Source of the DNA: a virus
Lineage: Duplodnaviria > Caudoviricetes
Direction: 5' to 3' (one strand)
IMG/VR virus record: IMGVR_UViG_3300011116_000128
Span: 1 to 62,169 of that record
Length of the DNA stretch: 62,169 nt
Below the pieces are notes generated by a model, which saw nothing but the letters and a program-made list of their open reading frames with translations, searched no databases and was not told where the DNA came from. A program made the position numbers and the translations under genes. Below are positions 1-9,899 of the stretch, piece after piece. Numbering within the stretch: the stretch's first letter is position 1; each line of letters begins with the position of its first letter.

Positions 1-127
1 AAGGGTTAGCCCAGGGCCGTGCTGCATTTGTGCGCAATTTGGTTCAAGATGCCTACGGCACTTTCTTCTCATCGGCTACTTACGCAAAGCGGCCGGATGT
101 GATGGATCTGTACTCCAGCACAGACAT
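1..127. repeat. Terminal duplication, left copy (circular assembly overlap)
   Basis: 1-127 is identical to 62043-62169. The repeat lies inside an open reading frame, and 127 is a common assembler k-mer length. Confidence 0.97.
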
Positions 128-3100
128 GAAGTTTGCTGTTGAGAAGCTGGCTGATCTGGCTGATGCCATTAAGAATGGTGGCATCCCCATGCAGCAGACC
201 GTGGCAACCATGCTGTCTAAGGCTGGTCAATACATCCGCCGTGAGCGGACTTTTGCTGGCGTGTCTTATGACACCAAAGAAACCAAGGTCGACAAAGACA
301 CCGCTGAGAACATGGCCTCGTCCATGCGCCAGATCCTTGCGTTCTCCCGCGCCAAGGAAGAGGTTGTCAAAGGCATTCAAAAAGAGTTAGACCGCCAAGG
401 CGCTAAAGTCGGTGGAGAAGGCGAGAAGACGCAAGTCCAGTCTGCCAACTTTGGCTCAATCATGCACAACTTGATTGACCAGATGTTGCTATCGCTCAAA
501 GCGCAAGATTCTGTGCAACACGCTATTGATCGCTTAAAGGCCGGTGAAAAAGTAGTGATGACGGTCTCCAATACGATGGGTTCATTCCTGCAAAACTATG
601 CAGATGAAATGGGTCTTGTCACTGGTGATGCAGTGGATCTGTCTTTTGCTGATCTGTACCAGCGTTACCTTGAAAAGCAACGCATCATCAAAATTAAAAA
701 ACCGCGTGGCGCATCTGAAGAGTACCGGTTGACCGATCAAGATCTTGGCCCAGCTCTAACTGCTAGGTTCAATGAAATCAGGGACTTCATTGAAAGTTCC
801 GGCTTTGGCTCAGCCCCAATTTCCCCTATTGACTACTTGCACAGTGAGCTGAATAAAGCCGGGTACAAGACCGAGGAAATTACCGGACGCACTATCACGT
901 TGAATTACTCAAGTGGCAAGCCGCTGCTGACTTCACGTTCTGCCAACATCAAGCAGCGCGTGACTGCTGTTAAGAACTTTAACAATGGTAAAGCTGATGT
1001 CATCATCTTGAACCAAGCTGGATCTACAGGTCTGTCGCTTCATGCGTCCGAAAAGGTTGATGACAAGCGCAAGCGCCACATGATCATTGTTCAGCCAGAG
1101 AAGAACATTGATACGCATATGCAGATGCTTGGCCGCGTTCACCGCACGGGTCAGGTGGTAACTCCAGCCTACTCACAGATGATGGCTGATATCCCGGCCG
1201 AAATGCGCCCTGCTGCAGTCCTGCTGAAGAAGATGGCATCGCTCAATGCGAACACCACCGGCTCCCGTAAATCGGCTGTAGCTGCTGAAGGCGCGGTTGA
1301 TTTTATGAACGACTACGGCGGTCAAGTCGCCCAGGAATACTTGCGGGATAACCCTGATGTCTACGAAGACATTGGAGGCAAGCGGATTGTTGAGCTGGTG
1401 GATAACCCCACCGAAGCTACTGAAAACGACATTCGCCGCCTGACAGGTTACATTCCTATCCTGCCTATCAAGCAGCAGGAAGAGGTCTACAAAGACCTGA
1501 TTGAGCGTTACACCGATTTGGTTGCCCGCGAAGAAAGCATGGGCACAAACAAGCTGGAATCCAAGGCCAAGGACTTGGACGCCAAAACCATATCGTCTGT
1601 GCCCATCACCGAAGACAAGAACGTGCAGTCGGACTTTGGTAAGCCAGCCTTCATGGAACAAGTCGATGTCAAGCGCACAGTCAAGCCGTTCTCTAAGGAT
1701 GAGGTCAAAGAGCAGATCGAGGAAAACCTGGGTGGCAAAACTTCTAGCGAGTTTAGCAAGGATCTGCTGAAGGATCTGAACGACCGCGTCCGCACATACG
1801 TTGATGAGCGCGTCCAAGACGTCATTGAAGAAGATAATGTCAAGGCTGACACCATCAATAGTCAAGTCAGCGGGCAAGCTAGTCATGTTCGGTCTGTGAT
1901 TGAATCCTTCCCTATTGGCTCTCAAGTATCCATCAAGAATACCAATGGCGTGTTTGTGTATGGCGTGATCACCAACATCACAAACAGCAAAAAGACCAAA
2001 AACCCTGTTGCTGGCTCTGATTGGAAGATGCAAATTGCTCTAGCCAATGGGGATTCAAAAACCACTTCGTTGTCTTTTTCTCAGGTCGGAAGTTCCTACA
2101 CACTCAAGCGTGAGCAGGAAATCAACTGGCTTAACCCTGATACCTTGAAGGGTGAGTACATCCCGCTGATGGACTTGTTTGATAAGGGCGCTATTGCACG
2201 CCGGGAAAAACGTTGGATGGTGACCGGGAACATCCTGGCTGGGTATGCCGCCGTCAACAACATGGGGCAGATCATGTCCTATACAAAGGACGATGGTACT
2301 ACCGGCCAGGGCGTATTGATGCCCCGCACGTTTGACTTTGAGAAAGCCCAGAAAGAAGCCCCCGTCAAGCTCAAGAGCGCCAACAATGTGATGCAGTTCT
2401 TTGATGCGTTTGACAATGGAACTGTCAAAACAGAAGACGGCAACTTGCGCATTGTTAAGCGCAACAACACGTTTGTGTTTGCGGCTGAGCCATCCAAAAA
2501 ACTGGGTGGTACTTACTTCCTTGACCGCGGTCTCACCGACATTACCGGTGACTTCTACAAGCGCGGTGCTTTCATGGATGCTCGGTACATCAATGAAGAT
2601 ACCGCCATTAAAGCCATCCAATACCTATTGGCTACCAAGGGCGTGTCGCTAGAAGCAGCCAACAACAAAGAAGAAGCCCGCAAGCTGTTTGCGCCTAAAC
2701 CGTTTAAGCCTGGGTTAGCAAACGTGTCTTACAACAATGCCTATCACAGTGGCGATTTGGGATATGGGAAAGATACCGTTCTTGGAAGAATGTCAGGCAG
2801 AAGCACTGGGCATTTTGGTACAGGCGTTTATTTTGTTGGCAATCCACAGAAACTAAAAACTGTAATTAGGGATGAACGTCCAACTGAAAAAGTAAGCTTT
2901 GACGGATTTAATCTTGCGACTCCTAGAAACAATGATAACGCTCAGCGTTTACATGATGGTTTACGGCAAGTTAATCAGTTAGTTACTGCTGATTTGCAAA
3001 CCAAAGAAGCAGATGAAAAAATTAAACGTGCTGCATCTGACATTTGGTTTGCCGTTGGCGCTGGTAAATTTAGTGAAGAACAAATTCAACAAGCCATACG

Positions 3101-6100
3101 CAAAGCTTTAGCGGAAGCTGCTCCGCTGTATGAAGAGGTGTCTTATACATCAAAGTACGTTGAATCTGCGTCTACCCGTGTGATGAAAAAGCTGGGGTTT
3201 GATGGCATTGATGTTCGTGGCTTGAGCGAATTTGACAACACCACATATGGTTCAGTCATTTACCAAAAGCAATTCACTCCACGAGATAGCATTAACAGCT
3301 TGCAAAACCAAGGGCCTATTGGTCAACGTCTAAACCTGGACGAGAACCGGTTCATGGACCGGGCTGATTTGATCCGCCAGTATCAAAGCTTGCGTCAGAA
3401 GCGTGCCGGTGTCCTTGCTAAGTTTGCCAAAGGTGAAGCTGGCCTTAACGAACAACGAGCCATCACTGCCATCAATGAAACTGCTGGCGATTTAAGCAAT
3501 CAGATCAAGGCCAGCAAGCCAGAGCGCCGCAGCGCAAAAAACTTTTTTGCAGACGCTACTCGCGCATGGGATGCCGGTGAGATCAATGACGATGTGTACT
3601 CGGCTATCAAGACCCTGTACGAGCGCCATCCAAATGTGCTTGAAGGATTGAAATTCTCGGTCCGCATGAACCCTGAGAAAGACAGCAATGCCGCCGGGCA
3701 GTTCTTCTCACTGGCTCGGATCGTTCGTTTGTACAAAGGTACAACGGGAACTACAGATCCCGTCACCATTCGCCACGAAATTGTTCACTCGCTTGAACAG
3801 ATGATGTCTGGTGAAGCCTCGGCCGATTTGATCAATGACTGGGCCGACAAACTCGGCAAAGCCATCAAGACCAAAAAGTCCCCTGAAGCCCAGGTGTATT
3901 TCCGTGCAGTGCTGGAGTTCTTTGAAAACCCCACTGAGGATTCTTTTAAGAACGCACTGCGCCTGCTGCCAAGCTATGACTACTACCAATACCTGAACCC
4001 TTCCGAGTACTGGGCGGTCAACGCCGAGAAGCTGATGGCCCGCAAGCTTGGTTCTGGCTGGGACCGGTTTGTCTTGTCTGTCAAAGGTATGTATGAAGCC
4101 CTAAAGGACATGTTCGGGTTTGACAACCAGTACTTGATCCACAAAATCTTTGATGACGTTATGAATGGTCGTGGTGAGCGTTTCACCAAAGCCGCCCTGA
4201 ATGACTATGTTCTGCAGGAAAGCTTCGCTCTGATGAACCAGAACGTGCGCCGAAACTACAAAGGCGGACCAGCACCTCTGGCTACATGGCAAGAAGCCAA
4301 TGAGTCCAAGATAGACAACTTCATCTACAAGTGGCAAGACAAGCACGTTGACACCAAGCGTGTGGTTGAGGCCATCAAGAATGAAGTTGGCCGTATTGAG
4401 GATGCTTGGGATCCCTACCTCCAGGAAGAGCTGTTCCACGGCCGGACTGCCAAGCAGACAACGGATTTCCTCAAAGGCGAGCTGCGCCCATTCCTGGAAA
4501 AGATGGACAAGGATGGCATCAAGCTCCAAGACTTTGAAGAGTACCTCCATAACCGCCATGCTGAAGTACGCAATAATTTTATTGCAGCGCGGAACCCCGG
4601 GATGCCTGATGGCGGATCCGGTATTTACACGCAAGAAGCCCGTGACTACATGGCTGGCTTGGATCCTAAGACCAGAGCCAAGTACGAAGATCTAGCCACA
4701 ACGCTGGATAGGTTTGTCAAAGAAACCCAAGACCTTTTGGTTTCTTCCGGCCTGGAAAAGCAAGAGACTATTGATGCGTGGCGCAAGCTGCTGCCCTTCT
4801 ATGTCCCCCTGAACCGGGATGCTGACGAGCTGGATTACGTTAACCCTGTTAGCGGTATGGGCCAAGGGTTTGGCGTGCGCGGGGCCTTCTCAAAGACTGC
4901 CACCGGCTCTCTAAAAACAGTTGTAGACATTGTGGGCAACATCGCCCTGCAGCGTGAGCGTGCAATTGTGCGGGCTGAGAAGGCGCGTGTTGGCCGGGCG
5001 CTGTATGCCTTGGCTATTCAGAACCCCAACCCTAACTTCTGGATGCCCATCAACCCTGATGCCATCAAGAACAAGAAAAAACTGTATGCCGAAATGGTCA
5101 GCATGGGGATGAACCCAGCTGATGCAGACAACATTGTTCAAGAGCCACGGGTAGCCAGGATTGATCCAACTACCGGCTTGGTTCGTTACTCGGTCAATCC
5201 AGTCCTACGCAACTCACCAAACGTCTTGCCTATTCGCATTAACGGTGAAGACCGGTTTGTGTACTTTAACGCTGGCAATCCAAATGCCAAGCGCATGGTG
5301 GAGTCCTTAAAGAATCTTGATGTCCAGCAAATGGATGAGGCGCTCAGTTCTATCGCTGAAATTACGCGGTTCATTGCGGCAGCTAGTACTCAGTTCAACC
5401 CAGTGTTTGGTGCATTCAACTTTGTGCGTGACGTTCAAGGTGCTGCTATCAATCTTTCTAGCACGCCTATTGCTGATCGCAAGCTCCAGGTCATCAATGA
5501 CTCAAAGACGGCCGTCAGGGCTATCTATCGTGACCTCCGGGGCAAAGGTGCTACCACTCCAGCAATGCAGCAGTGGATTGACTTGTTTGAACAGTACCAA
5601 AAGGCTGGTGGGCAAACAGGATTCCGTGAGCAGTTCAGCAAAAGCAAAGAGAAGGCAACCATCGTCCAGCGTGAGCTGAGCCGCTTGAATCAAGGCAATC
5701 TCAAGAAAGCTACATATGCCGTTCTTGATTTGCTATCTGACTACAACGATGCAATGGAGAATGCTGTACGTTTAGCTGCATTCAAAGCTGCCCTGGATGA
5801 GGGGATTTCTGTAGACCGTGCTGCAAGCATAGCCAAGAACATCACCGTCAACTTCAACCGCAAAGGCGCAAACACTTCCAGCGCAGCCGCCCTGTATGCT
5901 TTCTTGAATGCCAGCATCCAAGGTACAGCTCGGCTCATTGGAACGCTATTTGTTAAAGACGCAAATGGCAAGATGAGCCTAAGCCCAGCCGGTAAGAAGA
6001 TTGTTGCGGGCGGTATGTTGCTTGGGGTAGCTCAGACGGCACTTTTGGCAATGGCCGGGTTTGGACCGGATGATCCTCCTGAGTGGGTTAAGTCTAAAAA

Positions 6101-6974
6101 CTTGGTTATTCCTACAGGGGATGGAAAGTACATCACTATTCCAATGCCATTGGGATTCAACGTATTCCCTAATGTTGGGCGTATTGTTTCTGAATACATG
6201 ATGGTTCAGTCCGGCGGCATGAAGGGTCGACGCGATCTTAAGAAGACCATTACCTACATTGGTTCCACAATTCTGGATGCATTCAATCCTTTGGGATCCA
6301 GCACGTTTGCTCAAACTCTGGCCCCCACTATTGTGGATCCATTCGTAGCAATTGCAGAAAACAAAGACGCATTTGGCCGTCCAATTTCCAAAGAAGACAA
6401 GGCGCTGGCCCCAACTCCTGGCTACAAACGCAGCCGCGAATCTGCTAATGGACTAAGCCAAGCATTAGCCTATGGCTTGAACTACATCACCGGAGGGGGA
6501 GATAAAGGTATTGGCTTGGTAAGCCCAACGGCTGACCAAATTAGCTATGTTGCAGGTCAATACAGTGGTGGTGTTGGAAGGCTGGGAATCCAAACGGCTG
6601 AATATGTAAAGTCAAAAGTAGTCGGAGAAGAAGTCCAGCCGTATCAAGTTCCTATCGTTGGAAAAATGTATGGGGACATCAACACCCCGGCCGCTATCTC
6701 TGGAAAGTTCTATGACAACATCACCGAAATGTCCAAACATGAGAACATCATCAAAGGCATGAAGGGCAAAGGCGTAACTGAGTACTACCAGGAAAACCCT
6801 GAAGCTAGATTGTGGCAACGGTCCAACTACGTTGAAAACCAGATTGCCCGTTTAAAGAAAGAGAAGAAGGCATTGTCTGAACGCAATGCACCCGAAGCTC
6901 AGCTTAAGCGTAAAGACGAGCAGATCAAACAGCTAATGGAATCCTTCAACAAGGAAGTCACAAAACGCCAATGA
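3..6974 (+). CDS. Giant polyvalent (DarB-like) protein, C-terminal half: strawberry-notch helicase C domain, ART-like domain, zincin metallopeptidase, LPD38-like C-terminus
   Basis: In frame with 56963-62169 across the junction. Motifs: IILNQAGSTGLSLHA and QMLGRVHRTGQ (Sno-type helicase C); AYH..GTGVYF..GFDGI (ART-like, ~2739-3265); RHEIVH (3771-3788) followed by SEYWA (zincin); YITIPMPLGFN and DAFGRPI (LPD38-like). Confidence 0.9.
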   Translation, partial: GLAQGRAAFVRNLVQDAYGTFFSSATYAKRPDVMDLYSSTDMKFAVEKLADLADAIKNGGIPMQQTVATMLSKAGQYIRRERTFAGVSYDTKETKVDKDTAENMASSMRQILAFSRAKEEVVKGIQKELDRQGAKVGGEGEKTQVQSANFGSIMHNLIDQMLLSLKAQDSVQHAIDRLKAGEKVVMTVSNTMGSFLQNYADEMGLVTGDAVDLSFADLYQRYLEKQRIIKIKKPRGASEEYRLTDQDLGPALTARFNEIRDFIESSGFGSAPISPIDYLHSELNKAGYKTEEITGRTITLNYSSGKPLLTSRSANIKQRVTAVKNFNNGKADVIILNQAGSTGLSLHASEKVDDKRKRHMIIVQPEKNIDTHMQMLGRVHRTGQVVTPAYSQMMADIPAEMRPAAVLLKKMASLNANTTGSRKSAVAAEGAVDFMNDYGGQVAQEYLRDNPDVYEDIGGKRIVELVDNPTEATENDIRRLTGYIPILPIKQQEEVYKDLIERYTDLVAREESMGTNKLESKAKDLDAKTISSVPITEDKNVQSDFGKPAFMEQVDVKRTVKPFSKDEVKEQIEENLGGKTSSEFSKDLLKDLNDRVRTYVDERVQDVIEEDNVKADTINSQVSGQASHVRSVIESFPIGSQVSIKNTNGVFVYGVITNITNSKKTKNPVAGSDWKMQIALANGDSKTTSLSFSQVGSSYTLKREQEINWLNPDTLKGEYIPLMDLFDKGAIARREKRWMVTGNILAGYAAVNNMGQIMSYTKDDGTTGQGVLMPRTFDFEKAQKEAPVKLKSANNVMQFFDAFDNGTVKTEDGNLRIVKRNNTFVFAAEPSKKLGGTYFLDRGLTDITGDFYKRGAFMDARYINEDTAIKAIQYLLATKGVSLEAANNKEEARKLFAPKPFKPGLANVSYNNAYHSGDLGYGKDTVLGRMSGRSTGHFGTGVYFVGNPQKLKTVIRDERPTEKVSFDGFNLATPRNNDNAQRLHDGLRQVNQLVTADLQTKEADEKIKRAASDIWFAVGAGKFSEEQIQQAIRKALAEAAPLYEEVSYTSKYVESASTRVMKKLGFDGIDVRGLSEFDNTTYGSVIYQKQFTPRDSINSLQNQGPIGQRLNLDENRFMDRADLIRQYQSLRQKRAGVLAKFAKGEAGLNEQRAITAINETAGDLSNQIKASKPERRSAKNFFADATRAWDAGEINDDVYSAIKTLYERHPNVLEGLKFSVRMNPEKDSNAAGQFFSLARIVRLYKGTTGTTDPVTIRHEIVHSLEQMMSGEASADLINDWADKLGKAIKTKKSPEAQVYFRAVLEFFENPTEDSFKNALRLLPSYDYYQYLNPSEYWAVNAEKLMARKLGSGWDRFVLSVKGMYEALKDMFGFDNQYLIHKIFDDVMNGRGERFTKAALNDYVLQESFALMNQNVRRNYKGGPAPLATWQEANESKIDNFIYKWQDKHVDTKRVVEAIKNEVGRIEDAWDPYLQEELFHGRTAKQTTDFLKGELRPFLEKMDKDGIKLQDFEEYLHNRHAEVRNNFIAARNPGMPDGGSGIYTQEARDYMAGLDPKTRAKYEDLATTLDRFVKETQDLLVSSGLEKQETIDAWRKLLPFYVPLNRDADELDYVNPVSGMGQGFGVRGAFSKTATGSLKTVVDIVGNIALQRERAIVRAEKARVGRALYALAIQNPNPNFWMPINPDAIKNKKKLYAEMVSMGMNPADADNIVQEPRVARIDPTTGLVRYSVNPVLRNSPNVLPIRINGEDRFVYFNAGNPNAKRMVESLKNLDVQQMDEALSSIAEITRFIAAASTQFNPVFGAFNFVRDVQGAAINLSSTPIADRKLQVINDSKTAVRAIYRDLRGKGATTPAMQQWIDLFEQYQKAGGQTGFREQFSKSKEKATIVQRELSRLNQGNLKKATYAVLDLLSDYNDAMENAVRLAAFKAALDEGISVDRAASIAKNITVNFNRKGANTSSAAALYAFLNASIQGTARLIGTLFVKDANGKMSLSPAGKKIVAGGMLLGVAQTALLAMAGFGPDDPPEWVKSKNLVIPTGDGKYITIPMPLGFNVFPNVGRIVSEYMMVQSGGMKGRRDLKKTITYIGSTILDAFNPLGSSTFAQTLAPTIVDPFVAIAENKDAFGRPISKEDKALAPTPGYKRSRESANGLSQALAYGLNYITGGGDKGIGLVSPTADQISYVAGQYSGGVGRLGIQTAEYVKSKVVGEEVQPYQVPIVGKMYGDINTPAAISGKFYDNITEMSKHENIIKGMKGKGVTEYYQENPEARLWQRSNYVENQIARLKKEKKALSERNAPEAQLKRKDEQIKQLMESFNKEVTKRQ

Positions 6975-7245
6975 TGTCTCGCTCAAAAAGCAGGCCAATA
7001 GTCTTGCGGTGGGCCTCTTCCCACACCTCAAGTCTTTCGGCCTTGCTCATGCTGGCACCCTGGTCCAGCTCAGAGTGGCACTTAAAGCAAAGTGATGCAA
7101 TCCTGTAGTCGTGCGCCTTAAGACCGCGGCCTTTGCCGTCCCGCAATTGATTGCTGTGAGCGGCCACCACCGTGCCATTTTGCGCCCCGCAATGCTGGCA
7201 TGGTAGCTCCCTCGCGGCGTCCAACAACTTACGATTCCGGTACAT
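6958..7245 (-). CDS. DUF1364-like / HNH-type zinc-binding nuclease
   Basis: MYRNRKLLDAARELPCQHCG..VVAAHSN..GKGRGLKAHD..LCFKCH. Start moved to MYRN. Confidence 0.8.
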   Translation of the reverse strand: MYRNRKLLDAARELPCQHCGAQNGTVVAAHSNQLRDGKGRGLKAHDYRIASLCFKCHSELDQGASMSKAERLEVWEEAHRKTIGLLFERDIIGVL

Positions 7246-7426
7246 GTTTCTTACGGCTTTTCTTGATGGCCGCAATCCCCTGCTCCGGCTTTCTCGCTTC
7301 CATGAATTGTTCAGCCAAATAAAAGGCGGCGTCAATCACATCCTCGCCCTCCCTGTTCCTCATAAGAAGCCCAGTCATGGCAAACATGGCCGCAAGGTCA
7401 CGTAGGTTCTCGTCGTGTTCTGACAT
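7229..7426 (-). CDS. Hypothetical protein (LRDLAAMFAM motif)
   Basis: Coupled ORF in the minus-strand operon. Confidence 0.7.
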   Translation of the reverse strand: MSEHDENLRDLAAMFAMTGLLMRNREGEDVIDAAFYLAEQFMEARKPEQGIAAIKKSRKKHVPES

Positions 7427-7668
7427 CAGTGGACCTTTGTTTCGTTCATTTCTTCCCTAATTTCTTTCAGCATGGTACGGATGAAGCTGATTAAAGTTTC
7501 ATCGGTCTCTTTCTCTGTTCCAGGCTTCTCTGTATGAACGGCAATTGAACACAGCACATGCGAAAGGGAAATGATTGCGCTAAATGGATGCGTGCATTCT
7601 GTGTTCATTACAGTTTCAAAGACCGCCGCACGCATTTCCTTTGTCTCATCGGTAAAGTCTTTCATCAC
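7426..7668 (-). CDS. Hypothetical protein
   Basis: GGAG RBS; overlaps both neighbours. Confidence 0.65.
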   Translation of the reverse strand: MMKDFTDETKEMRAAVFETVMNTECTHPFSAIISLSHVLCSIAVHTEKPGTEKETDETLISFIRTMLKEIREEMNETKVH

Positions 7669-7937
7669 ATCTCCAATGATTCAATTTGGGCAGACAGAAG
7701 GTCATTCAGGTACTTGCCCCGAACAGCTATGTGTTCAATCTCTTTCACATCATCAACCAATCGGACGCAATCCTTCAGGGCTTTGTTGTACCCAGACTTG
7801 TAGGCGTCATTGCCGTCAAGGATCATGCAGATAGCATCACGCACCATCCCTGATGCCTTGCGCTGCGCTGCCAATACCTTTATCTTGTCGTGGTACTCCA
7901 CCGGCAAATAAACGCTGTAGGGGATCATTTTTTTCAT
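7665..7937 (-). CDS. Ribbon-helix-helix-like DNA-binding protein
   Basis: N-terminal YSVYLP beta strand followed by two helices; GGAGG RBS. Confidence 0.55.
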   Translation of the reverse strand: MKKMIPYSVYLPVEYHDKIKVLAAQRKASGMVRDAICMILDGNDAYKSGYNKALKDCVRLVDDVKEIEHIAVRGKYLNDLLSAQIESLEM

Positions 7938-8356
7938 TGGTTCCTCCAAGCCTCAAAGCTTGCTTTCAATCGGTTAAATAGGTCGCGGGCTTCTTCGTTA
8001 ATCTTCAGCTCCTTGCGGGACTCAATGTCCAAATAAGAGATCAGCCAACTAGCGCAGGCTTTCTCGTTGCGCTCCATCAGCCATTCTTTCTTGTGTAGCC
8101 ATTCCCAAAAGTCAGGATCGCGGCATAGTATCCCAGCCATCTTAACGGCATGGTCGCCTGGGAACTCATGTTCTCGGTTCATCGGCTGCTCATCGTCACC
8201 CAGCCGGACCATGACCACCACATAACGAGAGCCGACAAAGTCGCGCATCAAGTCATCGGGTAGGTCATCAGGATGGACGGCCATCGTCAAGATGTAGCCG
8301 TCCTTGGACTGCTTGAGTCCGGTCTTAATTCCTTCGAACTGGATTGAGTCGGTCAA
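7934..8356 (-). CDS. Conserved hypothetical phage protein
   Basis: 140-aa ORF with TTG start; ILCRDPDFWEWL..LDIESRKEL motif. Confidence 0.7.
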   Translation of the reverse strand: MTDSIQFEGIKTGLKQSKDGYILTMAVHPDDLPDDLMRDFVGSRYVVVMVRLGDDEQPMNREHEFPGDHAVKMAGILCRDPDFWEWLHKKEWLMERNEKACASWLISYLDIESRKELKINEEARDLFNRLKASFEAWRNQ

Positions 8357-8531
8357 GTTTCATCTCCAAGTACTTCACAACACCAACGGTCATGGTGAGC
8401 TGTTCCTCAAGCTTGTCCAGTCGCGCCTGCATGTTTTCCTCATCGGCCATCATGGAGTTAAGCGCCTTGTTAAGGTTCTCGCAAACCTTCTCCCACTCTT
8501 TAACAGTGGTAGGTTTCTTTGATTTAGTCAT
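8325..8531 (-). CDS. Hypothetical coiled-coil protein
   Basis: Coupled ORF with a heptad pattern. Confidence 0.6.
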   Translation of the reverse strand: MTKSKKPTTVKEWEKVCENLNKALNSMMADEENMQARLDKLEEQLTMTVGVVKYLEMKLDRLNPVRRN

Positions 8532-8784
8532 CCCAAGGATCCTTTTGTTCAGATTGAACGGGCTTGACGTAGGTGTTCACCTTCATCGAAACCATCCGGT
8601 TGTTGTTCTTGTCGCGCTTAACCCAGCCATCCAGCTTGATGGTTACAGTGTCTTCGCCTTCAGCTTTGTCAATCATTTCCATGAGGTAGGCTTTGTCAAA
8701 CTTGATGTTCCCGTTCATGTCGGGCGCATTCGGGTTGCGTTTGTTGAGGGACGTAAAAAGCGCCCCAGTGTTTGTGTAGTCCAT
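8524..8784 (-). CDS. Putative ssDNA-binding protein (DUF736-like)
   Basis: GALF..KRNPNAPDMNG..LDGW..SMKV with acidic tail DPWDD; adjacent to Erf. Confidence 0.6.
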   Translation of the reverse strand: MDYTNTGALFTSLNKRNPNAPDMNGNIKFDKAYLMEMIDKAEGEDTVTIKLDGWVKRDKNNNRMVSMKVNTYVKPVQSEQKDPWDD

Positions 8785-8786
8785 GC

Positions 8787-9503
8787 TTACTCCTTAAATT
8801 TAGCTTTAGCTTCTTTGAACATGTCCATGATTTCGGCATGGTCATCGGGCGACTCGGCTTTCACCTTGTCGTAGTGTGAGCGGTTGACCTTGTACATTTC
8901 CTTGACCTGCTCTTCGCTTGTCGCAAAAGTCAACTTAAGCTTGGTGGCATCAATCAGCAAACTATTCCAGTCTTCCTGGTTGTCTGAGTCAATGATGATT
9001 GACCAAGCCACAGGCTCAACGTGCGGTGGCGGTAGTGTTTCGCCCCTGATTCGCCTTGGTGGTTCCACCTTTGGCTGGGCTTTGACAATTTCCACATCAC
9101 CAGCGCGGACGCGAATGTCCTCCAGCCCTGTCTTCGGAGGGCCGGAGTCAATGATGTCATGCTCAACGATTTCCATCGCCGTCATCCACAGATAGCGCCG
9201 CTGGTAGGTCTCAATCGCGCCCAGGTTCTGAATTGGGTGAGCGCCCTTCAATTCGGCTGCAGCCATTGGGCTGGAGATGGTAATGATCGTCCCATCATCA
9301 ACATCGGTAATGCACAGAGTCGCCTCTGTAACGCTGTATGAAACAACGCCGCACAAGCCAAGGTCGTTGAAGATGGTTTGGATATCCGGCAGGAAGTCCC
9401 CCAGCTCAAAATACTTGTACCCCGCAAACTTGTTCTGACCTGTTTTAGTCAGCTTCTTGCCTTGCAGTGCTACCCGCGCAGCCATTAGTTTTTTATGTAC
9501 CAT
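8787..9503 (-). CDS. erf: Erf-family single-strand annealing protein
   Basis: KTGQNKFAGYKYFELGD and GAIETYQRRYL signature; next to an exonuclease gene. Confidence 0.85.
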   Translation of the reverse strand: MVHKKLMAARVALQGKKLTKTGQNKFAGYKYFELGDFLPDIQTIFNDLGLCGVVSYSVTEATLCITDVDDGTIITISSPMAAAELKGAHPIQNLGAIETYQRRYLWMTAMEIVEHDIIDSGPPKTGLEDIRVRAGDVEIVKAQPKVEPPRRIRGETLPPPHVEPVAWSIIIDSDNQEDWNSLLIDATKLKLTFATSEEQVKEMYKVNRSHYDKVKAESPDDHAEIMDMFKEAKAKFKE

Positions 9504-9504
9504 G

Positions 9505-9717
9505 CTAAACGCCTTCAGTGGTTTTTTGCTCAGACACATTGGTTGCAGCCTCAAGGACGGCTCCATTGCTCATTAATTGGGCAACATCCAGTGTCTTTGC
9601 GATCCGAACTTCAAAGGTTTTGCCAGCAATGTGGCGGATTGCTTGTGCTTGGCTTGATGCCTGCACGAGGTGTTGTGCGCCACCGTTGGTGACAATGTAA
9701 ATGCGTTGTTCTGTCAT
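9505..9717 (-). CDS. Hypothetical protein
   Basis: GGAG RBS; RIYIV..LVQASSQAQAIRHIA. Confidence 0.7.
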   Translation of the reverse strand: MTEQRIYIVTNGGAQHLVQASSQAQAIRHIAGKTFEVRIAKTLDVAQLMSNGAVLEAATNVSEQKTTEGV

Positions 9718-9729
9718 AATTTTCTCCAG

Positions 9730-9897
9730 TTAAAAAAATCCAAACCAAATGCCAGTGCCGTGAATCCATGCAATCGGAAACACAATAGCGCCAGCAATTA
9801 AGAAGCCCCAAGAGGCCGTCTTGAGGCACACAAAAATGTGCGTCAGCCATGAGCCGACAAGCCAAACAAGGGCAACTAGCCCCCAAAAATTGTCCAT
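9730..9897 (-). CDS. Small membrane protein (55 aa, not in ORF track)
   Basis: MDNFWGLVALVWLVGSWLTHIFVCLKTASWGFLIAGAIVFPIAWIHGTGIWFGFF; AAGGAG RBS. Confidence 0.7.
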   Translation of the reverse strand: MDNFWGLVALVWLVGSWLTHIFVCLKTASWGFLIAGAIVFPIAWIHGTGIWFGFF

Positions 9898-9899
9898 GC

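Noticed and set aside
1-127. Biological direct terminal repeat
   Set aside because: It is exactly 127 bp, falls mid-gene and is far from the terminase genes. It is best explained as a k-mer overlap from circular assembly.
1173-2621. Long minus-strand ORFs (286 and 188 aa) opposite the giant gene
   Set aside because: Antisense shadows of a codon-biased gene, with no RBS or motifs.
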